This document shows, piece after piece, positions 10,010-20,140 of a DNA stretch of 64,000 bases (within the stretch, counting starts at the first letter, position 1; every line of letters begins with the position of its first letter). This stretch comes from Prevotella sp. (lineage in GTDB: Bacteria > Bacteroidota > Bacteroidia > Bacteroidales > Bacteroidaceae), in the NCBI GenBank assembly GCA_020026195.1, contig JAHHQW010000004.1:6416-70415 (forward strand). Direction: 5' to 3'. Both the position numbers and the translations under genes were made by a program. The notes under the pieces were generated by a model. The model saw only the letters and a program-made list of their open reading frames with translations, ran no database searches and was not told where the DNA came from.

Positions 10010-12859
10010 ATGGAAGAACAGAAAAAGATTGTTGGTCTTACCGACGCCGAAGTATTGTCAAGTCGCGAAAAACACGGATCTAACATTTTGACGCCTAAGG
10101 AAAAAGAATCATTACTCAAACAGTTTTTTGAAAAATTCACAGATCCTCTGATTGTGATTCTAATCATTGCCGGATTACTATCTATAATAATAGCTTTCTA
10201 CGAATATTTTGCACTTGGTACAAGTGCCCAGACATTTTTTGAGCCTGCAGGTATCTTTATAGCCATACTGCTTGCCACGGGTATTGCTTTTTATTTTGAA
10301 AAGAAGGCAAACGAAGAATTCTCACTTCTTAATAAAGTTAACGACGAAGAACCCGTACAGGTTATCCGTAACGGCATGAAGCAGGCCATTACAAAGAAAG
10401 ATGTAGTTGTCGGTGATATCGTTATCCTCAACACAGGATGTGAAATTCCTGCTGACGGAATACTTTTGGAAGCTACATCACTCAGCGTTGACGAATCCAG
10501 TCTTACGGGCGAACTTACATGTCCGAAAACCACAAATGAAGCAGAATTTGACAGTAATGCTACATTCCCATCCAACCATGTTATGCGAGGAACGAAAGTA
10601 CTTGAAGGTCATGGTATGTTTGAAGTTTTTGCCGTTGGTGATAATACAGAAAACGGTAAGGTTTTCGAAGCCGCACAGATTGACAACAGCATCAAGACAC
10701 CACTTAACGAGCAGCTCGAGGGTCTCAGCCGCATGATCAGTAAGACAAGTTATATCCTTGCAGCCACCATTATAGTAGGACGCATGATGGTTTATTTCGA
10801 CTGGGCTCCACTTGTATGGATTCTTGTTGTACCTACAATAATTTTCTTCTGGCTTGCTGTTAAGAAGTTCAGCAGATGGAATAAGAAAAAATGCATGGGT
10901 ATAACATTTGCTTATGCAGCAATACTGATATTATGCATTCTTGGTTTCCATGATTATCTACGCCCCGACGAAGACATAGCACTACTACTCCAGCACACGC
11001 TAAATACACTCATGATAGCCGTAACGCTCATTGTGATGTCTGTTCCAGAAGGTCTTCCCATGGCAGTAACGCTAAGTCTTGCATACAGTATGCGACGTAT
11101 GCTTAAGGCCAACAACCTTGTAAGAAAGATGCATGCCTGCGAGACTATGGGCGCCGCAACTATAATCTGTACTGACAAGACAGGAACTCTTACACAGAAT
11201 AGAATGACCGTTGGTGATACATTCTTCAACAGTGTTGTTGATGGCAAACCTACAGATTCCGAAGAAGGCTTGATGCTCAAGGAAAACATCGCAGTAAACT
11301 CTACTGCTTCACTCGATTTGTCAAAAGAAAAACCAGAAGTTCTCGGCAATCCTACAGAAGGTGCACTTCTGTTATGGATGCATAAGAACGGCATTGATTT
11401 CGATGCTATGCGACATAATGTTGAAATTCTTGAAGAACTTCCGTTCACAACAGAAATAAAGTACATGGCAGTTGTTGTTAAATCAGGTGTAATGAAAGGT
11501 AAAAAGATTCTTTACGTAAAAGGTGCACCTGAAATTGTAATCAACATGTGTGACAATATATGTGGCAATATAGACAGAGAAGAATACAAGAAACGTCTTG
11601 CCGAATATCAGAGTCAGGCCATGCGTACTTTGGCTTTTGCATACACAATAATCGAAGACAACAGAGAAGTAATAAAAGACGGACGCGTATGTGCTAGCGA
11701 TCTTAATTTCATGGGTATAGTTGCTATTTCAGACCCTGTGCGTAAAGAAGTTCCAGCAGCGATTTCAGACTGTATGGATGCTGGTATACGTGTAATGATA
11801 ATTACCGGCGATACTCCGGGTACCGCAAAGGAAATCGGTCGTCAGATTGGTCTATGGACAGATACAGACAATGAGAAAAACATCATTACAGGCCCTGAAG
11901 TTGCAGCCCTTACAGAAGACGAACTTGACAAACGCATAATGGACATAAAGGTTGTGTCACGCGCACGCCCCATGGACAAGAAGCGACTGGTAGAATCGCT
12001 CCAGCGTAAAAATCAGGTAGTAGCCGTTACAGGCGATGGTACAAATGATGCTCCTGCCCTTAACACTGCTCATGTGGGTCTGTCTATGGGAGATGGAACT
12101 TCTGTTGCAAAAGAAGCTTCTGACATCACTATTGTAGACAATTCATTCCGCAGTATAGTAAATGCAGTTATGTGGGGACGTTCGCTATTTCTCAATATCA
12201 AGCGTTTCCTTCTGTTCCAGCTCACTGTTAACGTAACAGCATGTCTCACTGTGCTTGCAGGTGCTTTCACAGGTGTGCAGTCACCACTTACCGTAACTCA
12301 GATTTTATGGGTAAACCTTATCATGGATACATTTGCAGCTGTAGCTCTTGTTTCGCTGCCTCCTTCAAAACGTGTAATGAAGGACAAGCCAAGAAATCGT
12401 AAAGATTTTATTATCAACAAGTCTATGAGACAAAATATCCTTGGTGTTGGCGGTGTTTTCTTTGTTATGCTGATGGTGTTCCTCTATATATTCGAACATG
12501 CTGATATCAAATCACTTACCGACTTGCTTAATCTTAACTTAGGTGATAAGGATCCGCTAAGTCCTTACGAACTCACATTATTCTTTACCATCTTCGTTAT
12601 GACACACTTCTTCTATCTTTTCAATACACATGCCTATATGTCTGGCGGAAGTGCATTTAAACTTAAGGGATGTAGAGCTTTAGTTTTAATCGCATTCCTT
12701 ATTTTCATCAGTCAGATATGCATTGTCGAAATACCAGGACTGCAAAATTTCTTCAATGTATGTAATATGAAGTATATAGACTGGTTGATAATAGTTATAG
12801 GGTCTTCATTTGTTCTATGGATAAGAGAAATTTGGAACTTAGTTAAACCTAAGCAATAA
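10010..12859 (+). CDS. Calcium-translocating P-type ATPase (PMCA/P2-type)
   Basis: SLTGE, VPEGLP, DKTGTLT, KGAPE, TGDGTNDAPAL, LWVNLIMDT. Confidence 0.93.
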   Translation: MEEQKKIVGLTDAEVLSSREKHGSNILTPKEKESLLKQFFEKFTDPLIVILIIAGLLSIIIAFYEYFALGTSAQTFFEPAGIFIAILLATGIAFYFEKKANEEFSLLNKVNDEEPVQVIRNGMKQAITKKDVVVGDIVILNTGCEIPADGILLEATSLSVDESSLTGELTCPKTTNEAEFDSNATFPSNHVMRGTKVLEGHGMFEVFAVGDNTENGKVFEAAQIDNSIKTPLNEQLEGLSRMISKTSYILAATIIVGRMMVYFDWAPLVWILVVPTIIFFWLAVKKFSRWNKKKCMGITFAYAAILILCILGFHDYLRPDEDIALLLQHTLNTLMIAVTLIVMSVPEGLPMAVTLSLAYSMRRMLKANNLVRKMHACETMGAATIICTDKTGTLTQNRMTVGDTFFNSVVDGKPTDSEEGLMLKENIAVNSTASLDLSKEKPEVLGNPTEGALLLWMHKNGIDFDAMRHNVEILEELPFTTEIKYMAVVVKSGVMKGKKILYVKGAPEIVINMCDNICGNIDREEYKKRLAEYQSQAMRTLAFAYTIIEDNREVIKDGRVCASDLNFMGIVAISDPVRKEVPAAISDCMDAGIRVMIITGDTPGTAKEIGRQIGLWTDTDNEKNIITGPEVAALTEDELDKRIMDIKVVSRARPMDKKRLVESLQRKNQVVAVTGDGTNDAPALNTAHVGLSMGDGTSVAKEASDITIVDNSFRSIVNAVMWGRSLFLNIKRFLLFQLTVNVTACLTVLAGAFTGVQSPLTVTQILWVNLIMDTFAAVALVSLPPSKRVMKDKPRNRKDFIINKSMRQNILGVGGVFFVMLMVFLYIFEHADIKSLTDLLNLNLGDKDPLSPYELTLFFTIFVMTHFFYLFNTHAYMSGGSAFKLKGCRALVLIAFLIFISQICIVEIPGLQNFFNVCNMKYIDWLIIVIGSSFVLWIREIWNLVKPKQ

Positions 12860-12877
12860 AATATCAATATTATAAAT

Positions 12878-12918
12878 AAAAACAGAGGTACTGATAATGT
12901 TCGTACCTCTGTTTTTTT
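12878..12918. terminator. Bidirectional terminator between the Ca-ATPase and wbqC
   Basis: AAAAACAGAGGTAC...GTACCTCTGTTTTTTT between convergent genes. Confidence 0.7.
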
Positions 12919-13001
12919 ATGAATCTCGTTTTATGATGTTAAACTATAATACAAATAAACTTTAAAAACATGATAAAACTTTATTATCTGCCTGAAACAT
13001 T

Positions 13002-13628
13002 TTATTTTAACCAAAATATACCTTCTGGTCCCATATTGCACAAGAGGTCAAGAATACTCAAATTAGCTTGAAATCCAAATCTTTCGCGATATACCTGATA
13101 GTACTCCCTGGGGATAAATTTATCGTCATCTACAGGATGTTTTGGATTTATGGCATCACGAAAATCATCAATATCTTTAAGGTCGGTAATAAAATCATCT
13201 GTAGTATTAATCACAGGATGGATATCTAACAGTTCACACATCTTTTCGCATATATCCATATTGAAGTCAAATAGATATTTCCATTCCTTTTCAAAAAACG
13301 GACGTAAATCATCTGCATAATATTCGAAGAATGGAGATTCTCCGTATGCGCTGACTAATGCATTCCAATGAATATGACGCCAGTTGCCATGATCACTTAT
13401 CTGAATATCCTTCATCTTTGTTTTTGTAAGCTGTACACCGTCGGGACGTTCTACGGGAATAGAAAGGGCCTGTATGCCATTTGGAGAAGCTATATAGCAT
13501 CGGTTACGATAAGTCTGTTTAGCATAATTGTCGCACGTTTCCAAAAGTATTTTATCATAAGCATTGAGCTTACAATACCATTGAATAGGACCGAAATATG
13601 TTGAAGAAAGTAATAATGTATTGTCCAT
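13002..13628 (-). CDS. WbqC-family protein
   Basis: KQTYRNRC, AYGESPFFEYY, Y.QV...F.ANLSILDLL.N.GPE motifs; start at ATG 13628 overlaps the upstream stop (TAATG). Confidence 0.85.
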   Translation of the reverse strand: MDNTLLLSSTYFGPIQWYCKLNAYDKILLETCDNYAKQTYRNRCYIASPNGIQALSIPVERPDGVQLTKTKMKDIQISDHGNWRHIHWNALVSAYGESPFFEYYADDLRPFFEKEWKYLFDFNMDICEKMCELLDIHPVINTTDDFITDLKDIDDFRDAINPKHPVDDDKFIPREYYQVYRERFGFQANLSILDLLCNMGPEGIFWLK

Positions 13629-14308
13629 TACAAAAGTTTTAAAAATCTGTCCCATCTGAGACAATTATAGAAAGGTTTTGTGCGGTCCGTACTATATACA
13701 GTCATCACCACACGACCTACGATATGATCTTCAGGAACCAAACCAAAATATCCTGACCCATTTACATTATAAGAGCCTATAGCACTCATCCAGTAATAAT
13801 CATTGTCAAATGTAATGCTATGTATTTCTCTCCCATCTATATATAATTTGTCATTGCATATATAACTGTTACGATGTTCATGCATACGTAGCATATTACA
13901 TAATAAAACGGCATTTTTAGGTGTCACAGATACCGGAATATTCTTTCCTGGAACAATCAGAGAAAATTCATGGCTAACCATTACTGTATCGCCTGGCAGA
14001 GCACTACAGCGTGCTACATATACGGGATTATCTGATATACTACCTGAAATATCTATAGGATAGTTGAATGCAGTTATGTCTCCCTTGCATAAATTCTGCT
14101 TTATCCAGCGCGAATAGCCATAGCGTATATCTTCGCCGGTCCGGAGTCCATAACTGCATTTGTTTACAAGTATACGGTCACCATTTTTCAATAGTGGCGC
14201 CATACTGTTATTGGGCACTGTATAGATAGTAAAGAACAGAGCGCGGAACACGAGCATCGTCAGCATTGTGATGCACAGTGCAGCTATGAACTTTAACAGT
14301 CCCTTCAT
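13628..14308 (-). CDS. Signal peptidase I (S26) paralogue, catalytic Lys apparently absent
   Basis: SMAPLLKNGDRILVNK box B and GLVPEDHIVGR are present, but box D reads YVARCSALPGD. Confidence 0.8.
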   Translation of the reverse strand: MKGLLKFIAALCITMLTMLVFRALFFTIYTVPNNSMAPLLKNGDRILVNKCSYGLRTGEDIRYGYSRWIKQNLCKGDITAFNYPIDISGSISDNPVYVARCSALPGDTVMVSHEFSLIVPGKNIPVSVTPKNAVLLCNMLRMHEHRNSYICNDKLYIDGREIHSITFDNDYYWMSAIGSYNVNGSGYFGLVPEDHIVGRVVMTVYSTDRTKPFYNCLRWDRFLKLL

Positions 14309-14319
14309 GAAAAATTATT

Positions 14320-15744
14320 TTACTTTATATTGTCGACTATATTGAACAGTCGGTGCCATCTTATGTGAGAGAAACCTCCACGGTCCTTATCAGTAGACCA
14401 CCATATGAATATAGGCTTACCAACGATATGGTCTTCGGGAACAAATCCCCAGTAACGACTATCAGCTGAATTGTGACGGTTGTCACCCATCATCCAATAG
14501 TAGTCCATCTTAAATGTATACTCATTAGTCTGTTTATCGTTGATAAATATCTTACCATCCTTTACTTCCAGTTTGTTCTTTTCATAAACCCTTATAGGAC
14601 GTTCGTATATTGGAAGATTCTCAAGTGTAAGTTTTATACTCTTTCCCTTTTCTGGAATCCATACCGGACCGTAATTATCTCTTGTCCAATGAGTATTGGC
14701 ATTAAGCGGATAGAGATCGCCTGTATCTTCTTTTGTATCAAGCATTATACTTTCTACAAGATCAGGACGTTCTGCAAGTGCATGTGCAGCACGTTTGGTA
14801 AGAGGCATGACATTAGTTGTATTTAATGACATTATGTCTTCCATACTTATCTCAAGTTCCTTGAGAAGTTCGTCATCAGGCATTTGCTTAAACTTTACGA
14901 AATACGAATACTGCACCTTTTCTGGCTGTTTGTTCGCTTGTCCATCAAGATATATTATGCGGTCTTTTATCTGAAGTGTCTGTCCCGGTAAACCGACACA
15001 GCGCTTTACATAATTCTCTCTGCGATCGACAGGACGTGAAATCAGTTCGCCAAATGTAGCCTGATTCTGTAATATATAATTACGGCCGCTGTTATAGAAC
15101 TCTGCAAAAACTTTACGCTGACCATTAATGTCTAACGAATCAAGATTATCATGCTGAGTATAAATCTGTCGTCCGAAACCATAACACATCTGATAATAGT
15201 CTGAGGCCTGATACTCTATATTACTTACTACTGTATCACCTGCTGGATAGTTGAATACTACGATGTCGTTAAGCTGAACCTTTCCAAATCCCTTTGCACG
15301 ACGATAGTCCCACTGAGGAAATTCTATGTACGACTTACATCCAAATACAGGCATGGTATGCTGTGTAAGAGGCATTGTAAGAGGAGTCTGTGGAATACGC
15401 GGTCCGTAACTAACCTTGCTCACAAAGAGATAATCACCTGTTAGCAATGACTTCTCAAGCGAAGAAGAAGGAATCACGTAGTTCTGGAAGAAGAATAGAT
15501 TGATAAAATATACAGCTACAAGTGCAAATACGATTGCATCCACCCAGCTCATTATAAAACGTACTGGAGCCTCAGAATCTTTCCACCACTGCCAGCGTAT
15601 TTTTTTTGTAATGTATACATCAAAAATAAAAGGAATTACAATAAGTCCTAACCAGCTTTCAAGCCATATAAGAAATATAAGATATAATATGAGTACAAAG
15701 ATAAACTTAGTCCATTGTACTTTCATGTTCAGTTCTTTTTTCAT
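14320..15744 (-). CDS. lepB: Signal peptidase I
   Basis: IPSSSLEKSLLTGDYLFVSK, YVKRCVGLPG, GDNRHNSADSRYWGFVP. Confidence 0.95.
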   Translation of the reverse strand: MKKELNMKVQWTKFIFVLILYLIFLIWLESWLGLIVIPFIFDVYITKKIRWQWWKDSEAPVRFIMSWVDAIVFALVAVYFINLFFFQNYVIPSSSLEKSLLTGDYLFVSKVSYGPRIPQTPLTMPLTQHTMPVFGCKSYIEFPQWDYRRAKGFGKVQLNDIVVFNYPAGDTVVSNIEYQASDYYQMCYGFGRQIYTQHDNLDSLDINGQRKVFAEFYNSGRNYILQNQATFGELISRPVDRRENYVKRCVGLPGQTLQIKDRIIYLDGQANKQPEKVQYSYFVKFKQMPDDELLKELEISMEDIMSLNTTNVMPLTKRAAHALAERPDLVESIMLDTKEDTGDLYPLNANTHWTRDNYGPVWIPEKGKSIKLTLENLPIYERPIRVYEKNKLEVKDGKIFINDKQTNEYTFKMDYYWMMGDNRHNSADSRYWGFVPEDHIVGKPIFIWWSTDKDRGGFSHIRWHRLFNIVDNIK

Positions 15745-15758
15745 TGTTTTTGTCTATC

Positions 15759-16478
15759 TTAGAATTTAAAAAGGTCGCTCATAGTAAGCAGACCGCTGTG
15801 ATTCACTGTATATTCTGCTGCCATAACAGCACCAAGAGCAAATCCTGCACGGCTCTTTGCCTCGTGTGTTATAGTAATTTTATCGGCATCACTCTCATAA
15901 GTAACACTGTGAATTCCTGATACTTCTCCTTCACGAATACTTTCCACAGGTATTTCGTTAATTTTTCCTTCAGTACCTTTCACCCATTCGTCTTTTCTGT
16001 CAAGACGCGCAAGTATATTTTCTGCCAGCGTAATAGCCGTTCCAGAAGGAGCATCAAGTTTATGAATATGATGTGTTTCTGACATTTTTACGTCATACTG
16101 CTCATACTGATTCATAATCTCTGCAAGGTGATTGTTTATGGCAGAAAAAATGGCTACGCCGAGACTAAAGTTAGACGACCAGAACAGCGTCTTACCTTCT
16201 TCGCTGCACATACGTTCTACACTTTCCTTATGATCCTTCATCCATCCCGTAGAACCGGATACAACCTTCACGTTATGCTCAAAGGCACGTAAATAATTGC
16301 CATACGCGGCAGAAGGTGATGTGAATTCTATTGCGACGTCGGCAGATGCAAATTCTTTGCTATCGAAATCTTCCTGGTTATCGATGTCAATCTTACAAAC
16401 TATTTCATGACCACGGGCAACTGCTGTCTTCTCTATAAGTCTCCCCATTCGTCCGTAGCCTATGAGTGCTATTTTCAT
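15759..16478 (-). CDS. dapB: 4-hydroxy-tetrahydrodipicolinate reductase
   Basis: GYGRMG, ETHHIHKLDAPSGTA, HEAKSRAGFALGA. Confidence 0.95.
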   Translation of the reverse strand: MKIALIGYGRMGRLIEKTAVARGHEIVCKIDIDNQEDFDSKEFASADVAIEFTSPSAAYGNYLRAFEHNVKVVSGSTGWMKDHKESVERMCSEEGKTLFWSSNFSLGVAIFSAINNHLAEIMNQYEQYDVKMSETHHIHKLDAPSGTAITLAENILARLDRKDEWVKGTEGKINEIPVESIREGEVSGIHSVTYESDADKITITHEAKSRAGFALGAVMAAEYTVNHSGLLTMSDLFKF

Positions 16479-16506
16479 ATAAAAATCTATATATTAATAT
16501 GTTTTG

Positions 16507-16584
16507 CAAAGATAATTAATTTCAAACATAATACACGAAAGTAAACCAAATATTTTGTTTTTCTATATGCTTACATTACCTTTG
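16507..16584. promoter_or_regulatory. Divergent Bacteroidetes promoters for the dapB operon and leuS
   Basis: CAAAGATA at 16507-16514 (= TATCTTTG on minus); TTTG 16554-16557, 19 bp, TACCTTTG 16577-16584 on plus. Confidence 0.7.
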
Positions 16585-16624
16585 CATATATTACATGAAA
16601 TAGAATAAAACAACAACACATAAA

Positions 16625-19477
16625 ATGGAATACAACTTTAGAGAAATCGAAAAGAAATGGCAGGAACTGTGGAGAGAACAGAAAACTTATAAAGTGACAG
16701 AAGACGAATCACGCAAAAAGTTCTATGTTCTTAACATGTTCCCCTACCCCTCTGGTGCTGGTCTGCACGTTGGTCATCCGCTCGGTTATATTGCTTCAGA
16801 CATCTATGCTCGATACAAGCGTCTGAACGGATTCAATGTTCTTAATCCTATGGGCTATGATGCCTACGGCTTACCCGCAGAACAATATGCTATACAGACC
16901 GGACAGCATCCTGCAATTACTACGGTTAACAATATTGCTCGATACAGAGATCAGCTCGACAAAATTGGTTTCTCTTTTGACTGGGACAGAGAAATAAGAA
17001 CCTGTGACCCAATTTACTATAAATGGACACAGTGGGCATTTATCAAGATGTTCGGTTCTTATTATGACAATGATATGAAAAAGGCTATGCCTATCAGTAA
17101 ACTTGTAGAACATTTTGCTTCTAAGGGTACTGAAGGTGTCAATGCTTCATGTAATGAAGAACTTAAGTTTTCTGCTGACGAATGGAAAGCAATGGACGAA
17201 AAACATCAGCAGGAAATACTTATGAACTATCGTATTGCTTATCTTGGCGAAACAATGGTAAACTGGTGTCCCGGACTCGGTACTGTACTTGCAAACGATG
17301 AGGTAATCGATGGCGTTTCAGAACGTGGCGGTTTCCCCGTTGTTCAGCAGAAAATGAAACAGTGGTGTCTGCGTGTAAGTGCCTATGCACAACGTCTGCT
17401 CGATGGTCTTGACCATGTACAGTGGACAGATTCGCTGAAAGAGACACAGCGTAACTGGATTGGCCGTTCTGAAGGTGCAGAAGTTCAGTTTGCGGTTAAG
17501 GACAAGGACATTAAACTTACAGTATTTACTACACGTGCCGACACTATCTTCGGTGTTACATTCATGGTTCTTGCTCCAGAAAGCGAGTATGTCGACATGG
17601 TAACAACCGATGACCAGCGCAAGGCTGTAGAAGAATACATTGCTGCTACAAAGAAGCGTACAGAACGTGAACGTATTTCAGACCGCAGAGTAACTGGTGT
17701 ATTTACAGGTTCTTATGGTATTAATCCGTTCACAGGCGAGGAAATTCCTATTTATGCCAGCGATTATGTTCTTTCTGGTTATGGCACAGGTGCAATCATG
17801 GCCGTTCCTGCACACGATAGCAGAGACTATGCTTTTGCTAAACATTTCAATCTTCCAATCATACCATTGATTGAAGGATGTGATGTCAGCGAAGAAAGTT
17901 TCGATGCCAAAGAAGGTATAGTATGCAACTCTCCAAGAGAAAATACAACTCCTAAAGAGTCTTTAGTTCTTAACGGACTTACAGTTAAGGAGGCTATTGC
18001 AGCAACAAAGAAATATGTTAAGGAACACCAGCTTGGTCGTGTAAAAGTTAATTATCGTCTGCGTGACGCTATCTTCTCACGCCAGAGATACTGGGGTGAG
18101 CCATTCCCTGTTTATTACAAGGATGGTATGCCTTATATGATTCCTGAGGATAAACTTCCATTGGAACTTCCTGAAATAGATAAATATCAGCCTACAGAAA
18201 GTGGTGAACCCCCATTGGGAAGAGCTAAAATATGGGCATGGGACACTGTTAATAACAAGGTCGTTGAAAAGTCTCTCGTGGACAATAAGACAATATTCCC
18301 ACTTGAACTTAACACAATGCCAGGTTTTGCAGGTTCATCAGCTTATTATCTGAGATATATGGACCCGAAGAACAATGATGCACTTGTTGACGAAAAAGTT
18401 GACCAGTACTGGCAGAACGTAGATTTGTATGTAGGTGGTACCGAACATGCAACAGGTCATCTCATCTATTCACGTTTCTGGAATAAGTTCTTGTTCGATT
18501 ACGGAGTTTCTTGCAAGGAAGAACCTTTTGAAAAGTTAGTAAATCAGGGTATGATTCAGGGTCGCAGTAACTTTGTATATCGTATCAATCAGGAAAACAG
18601 CGATACTAAACCAGTATTCGTTTCATTAGGACTAAAGAAAGATTACGATGTAACTCCTATTCACGTAGACGTTAATATCGTAAAGGGCGACGTTCTCGAT
18701 ACAGATGCATTTAAGGCATGGCGTCCAGAATATAAGAATGCAGAATTTATTCTTGAAGATGGTAAATATGTTTGCGGATGGGCCATCGAAAAGATGTCTA
18801 AAAGTATGTTCAACGTTGTTAATCCCGACATGATCGTTAATGACTACGGAGCAGATACACTTCGTCTGTACGAGATGTTCCTCGGTCCTATTGAACAGAG
18901 CAAGCCATGGGATACAAATGGTATAGACGGCTGTCACAGATTCCTTAAGAAATTCTGGTCTTTGTTCTATGACAGAGAAGATAATTTCCTTCCCGACACA
19001 GTAGAGGCAACACCCGATCAGCTGAAATGTGTTCATAAACTTATCAAGAAAGTTTCTGAAGATATAGAAGTATTCTCTTATAACACTTCTATCTCGGCAT
19101 TTATGATCTGTGTTAACGAACTCACACAGCTCAAGTGTCACAATAAAGAACTGCTTAAAGATATAGTAATACTTATTTCTCCGTTTGCACCTCATATTGC
19201 AGAAGAACTATGGCATGCACTTGGAAACGAAGGCAGTGTATGTGATGCTCAGTGGCCGGTATTCAAAGAAGAATATCTTAAGGAAAGTACAATCCAGATG
19301 GGTGTATCTTTCAATGGAAAGGCACGTTTCACAATGGAATTCGATGCAGAAGCAGATAAGAATGCCATTGAAAAGGCTGTAATGGAAAACGAAAAGACAC
19401 TTAAATATATCGGCGATAAGAAGGTTATCAAAGTTATCGTTGTTCCGAAGCGTCTTATCAACATCGTCATCAAGTAA
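16625..19477 (+). CDS. leuS: Leucine--tRNA ligase
   Basis: [14 protein letters not shown] (HIGH), editing domain FTTRADT / [17 protein letters not shown]. Confidence 0.98.
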   Translation: MEYNFREIEKKWQELWREQKTYKVTEDESRKKFYVLNMFPYPSGAGLHVGHPLGYIASDIYARYKRLNGFNVLNPMGYDAYGLPAEQYAIQTGQHPAITTVNNIARYRDQLDKIGFSFDWDREIRTCDPIYYKWTQWAFIKMFGSYYDNDMKKAMPISKLVEHFASKGTEGVNASCNEELKFSADEWKAMDEKHQQEILMNYRIAYLGETMVNWCPGLGTVLANDEVIDGVSERGGFPVVQQKMKQWCLRVSAYAQRLLDGLDHVQWTDSLKETQRNWIGRSEGAEVQFAVKDKDIKLTVFTTRADTIFGVTFMVLAPESEYVDMVTTDDQRKAVEEYIAATKKRTERERISDRRVTGVFTGSYGINPFTGEEIPIYASDYVLSGYGTGAIMAVPAHDSRDYAFAKHFNLPIIPLIEGCDVSEESFDAKEGIVCNSPRENTTPKESLVLNGLTVKEAIAATKKYVKEHQLGRVKVNYRLRDAIFSRQRYWGEPFPVYYKDGMPYMIPEDKLPLELPEIDKYQPTESGEPPLGRAKIWAWDTVNNKVVEKSLVDNKTIFPLELNTMPGFAGSSAYYLRYMDPKNNDALVDEKVDQYWQNVDLYVGGTEHATGHLIYSRFWNKFLFDYGVSCKEEPFEKLVNQGMIQGRSNFVYRINQENSDTKPVFVSLGLKKDYDVTPIHVDVNIVKGDVLDTDAFKAWRPEYKNAEFILEDGKYVCGWAIEKMSKSMFNVVNPDMIVNDYGADTLRLYEMFLGPIEQSKPWDTNGIDGCHRFLKKFWSLFYDREDNFLPDTVEATPDQLKCVHKLIKKVSEDIEVFSYNTSISAFMICVNELTQLKCHNKELLKDIVILISPFAPHIAEELWHALGNEGSVCDAQWPVFKEEYLKESTIQMGVSFNGKARFTMEFDAEADKNAIEKAVMENEKTLKYIGDKKVIKVIVVPKRLINIVIK

Positions 19478-20058
19478 TGAAGTTAGTATTTGCTACAAAT
19501 AACAAGAACAAACTTTCCGAGATTAGAGATATTTTAGGAAAAGACATAGAAGTGCTGTCGCTCAGTGATATCAACTGCAATGTTGATATTCCTGAGACTT
19601 CAAACACACTCGAAGGTAATGCCATGCAGAAAGCAGAATATATCTTCGAACACTATGGTATGGATGTATTCTCAGATGATACTGGTCTTGAAGTTGAAGC
19701 TCTTAACGGAGAACCTGGCGTATATTCTGCAAGATATGCCGGAGGCAAAGGACATGACAGCGAAGCTAATATGCAGAAACTGCTTAAAAAGCTGACAGGC
19801 GTAAGCAATCGTAAAGCACGTTTCCGTACTTCAATAGCCCTTATTCTCAACGGCGAAAAATTCTCGTTCGAAGGTTTAGTAAATGGTGAAATCCTAAAAG
19901 AAAAAAGCGGTACGGCTGGTTTTGGATACGATCCTATATTCAAACCAGATGGTTACGACAAATCATTTGCAGAGTTAGGAATCGAAATAAAAAATAAGAT
20001 TTCACACCGGGCAAATGCTATTAAGAAACTCTCTGAATTTCTTAAAACTAAATATTAA
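19477..20058 (+). CDS. rdgB: Non-canonical purine NTP pyrophosphatase (Ham1/RdgB)
   Basis: [48 protein letters not shown] overlap with leuS. Confidence 0.95.
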   Translation: MKLVFATNNKNKLSEIRDILGKDIEVLSLSDINCNVDIPETSNTLEGNAMQKAEYIFEHYGMDVFSDDTGLEVEALNGEPGVYSARYAGGKGHDSEANMQKLLKKLTGVSNRKARFRTSIALILNGEKFSFEGLVNGEILKEKSGTAGFGYDPIFKPDGYDKSFAELGIEIKNKISHRANAIKKLSEFLKTKY

Positions 20059-20140
20059 ACATGGTAAAAAGATTGAGAAATAGGAAGCACATAAAAGGTT
20101 TCCTTTCTCAATCTTTTGCTTTATATAAACTGATATAATT

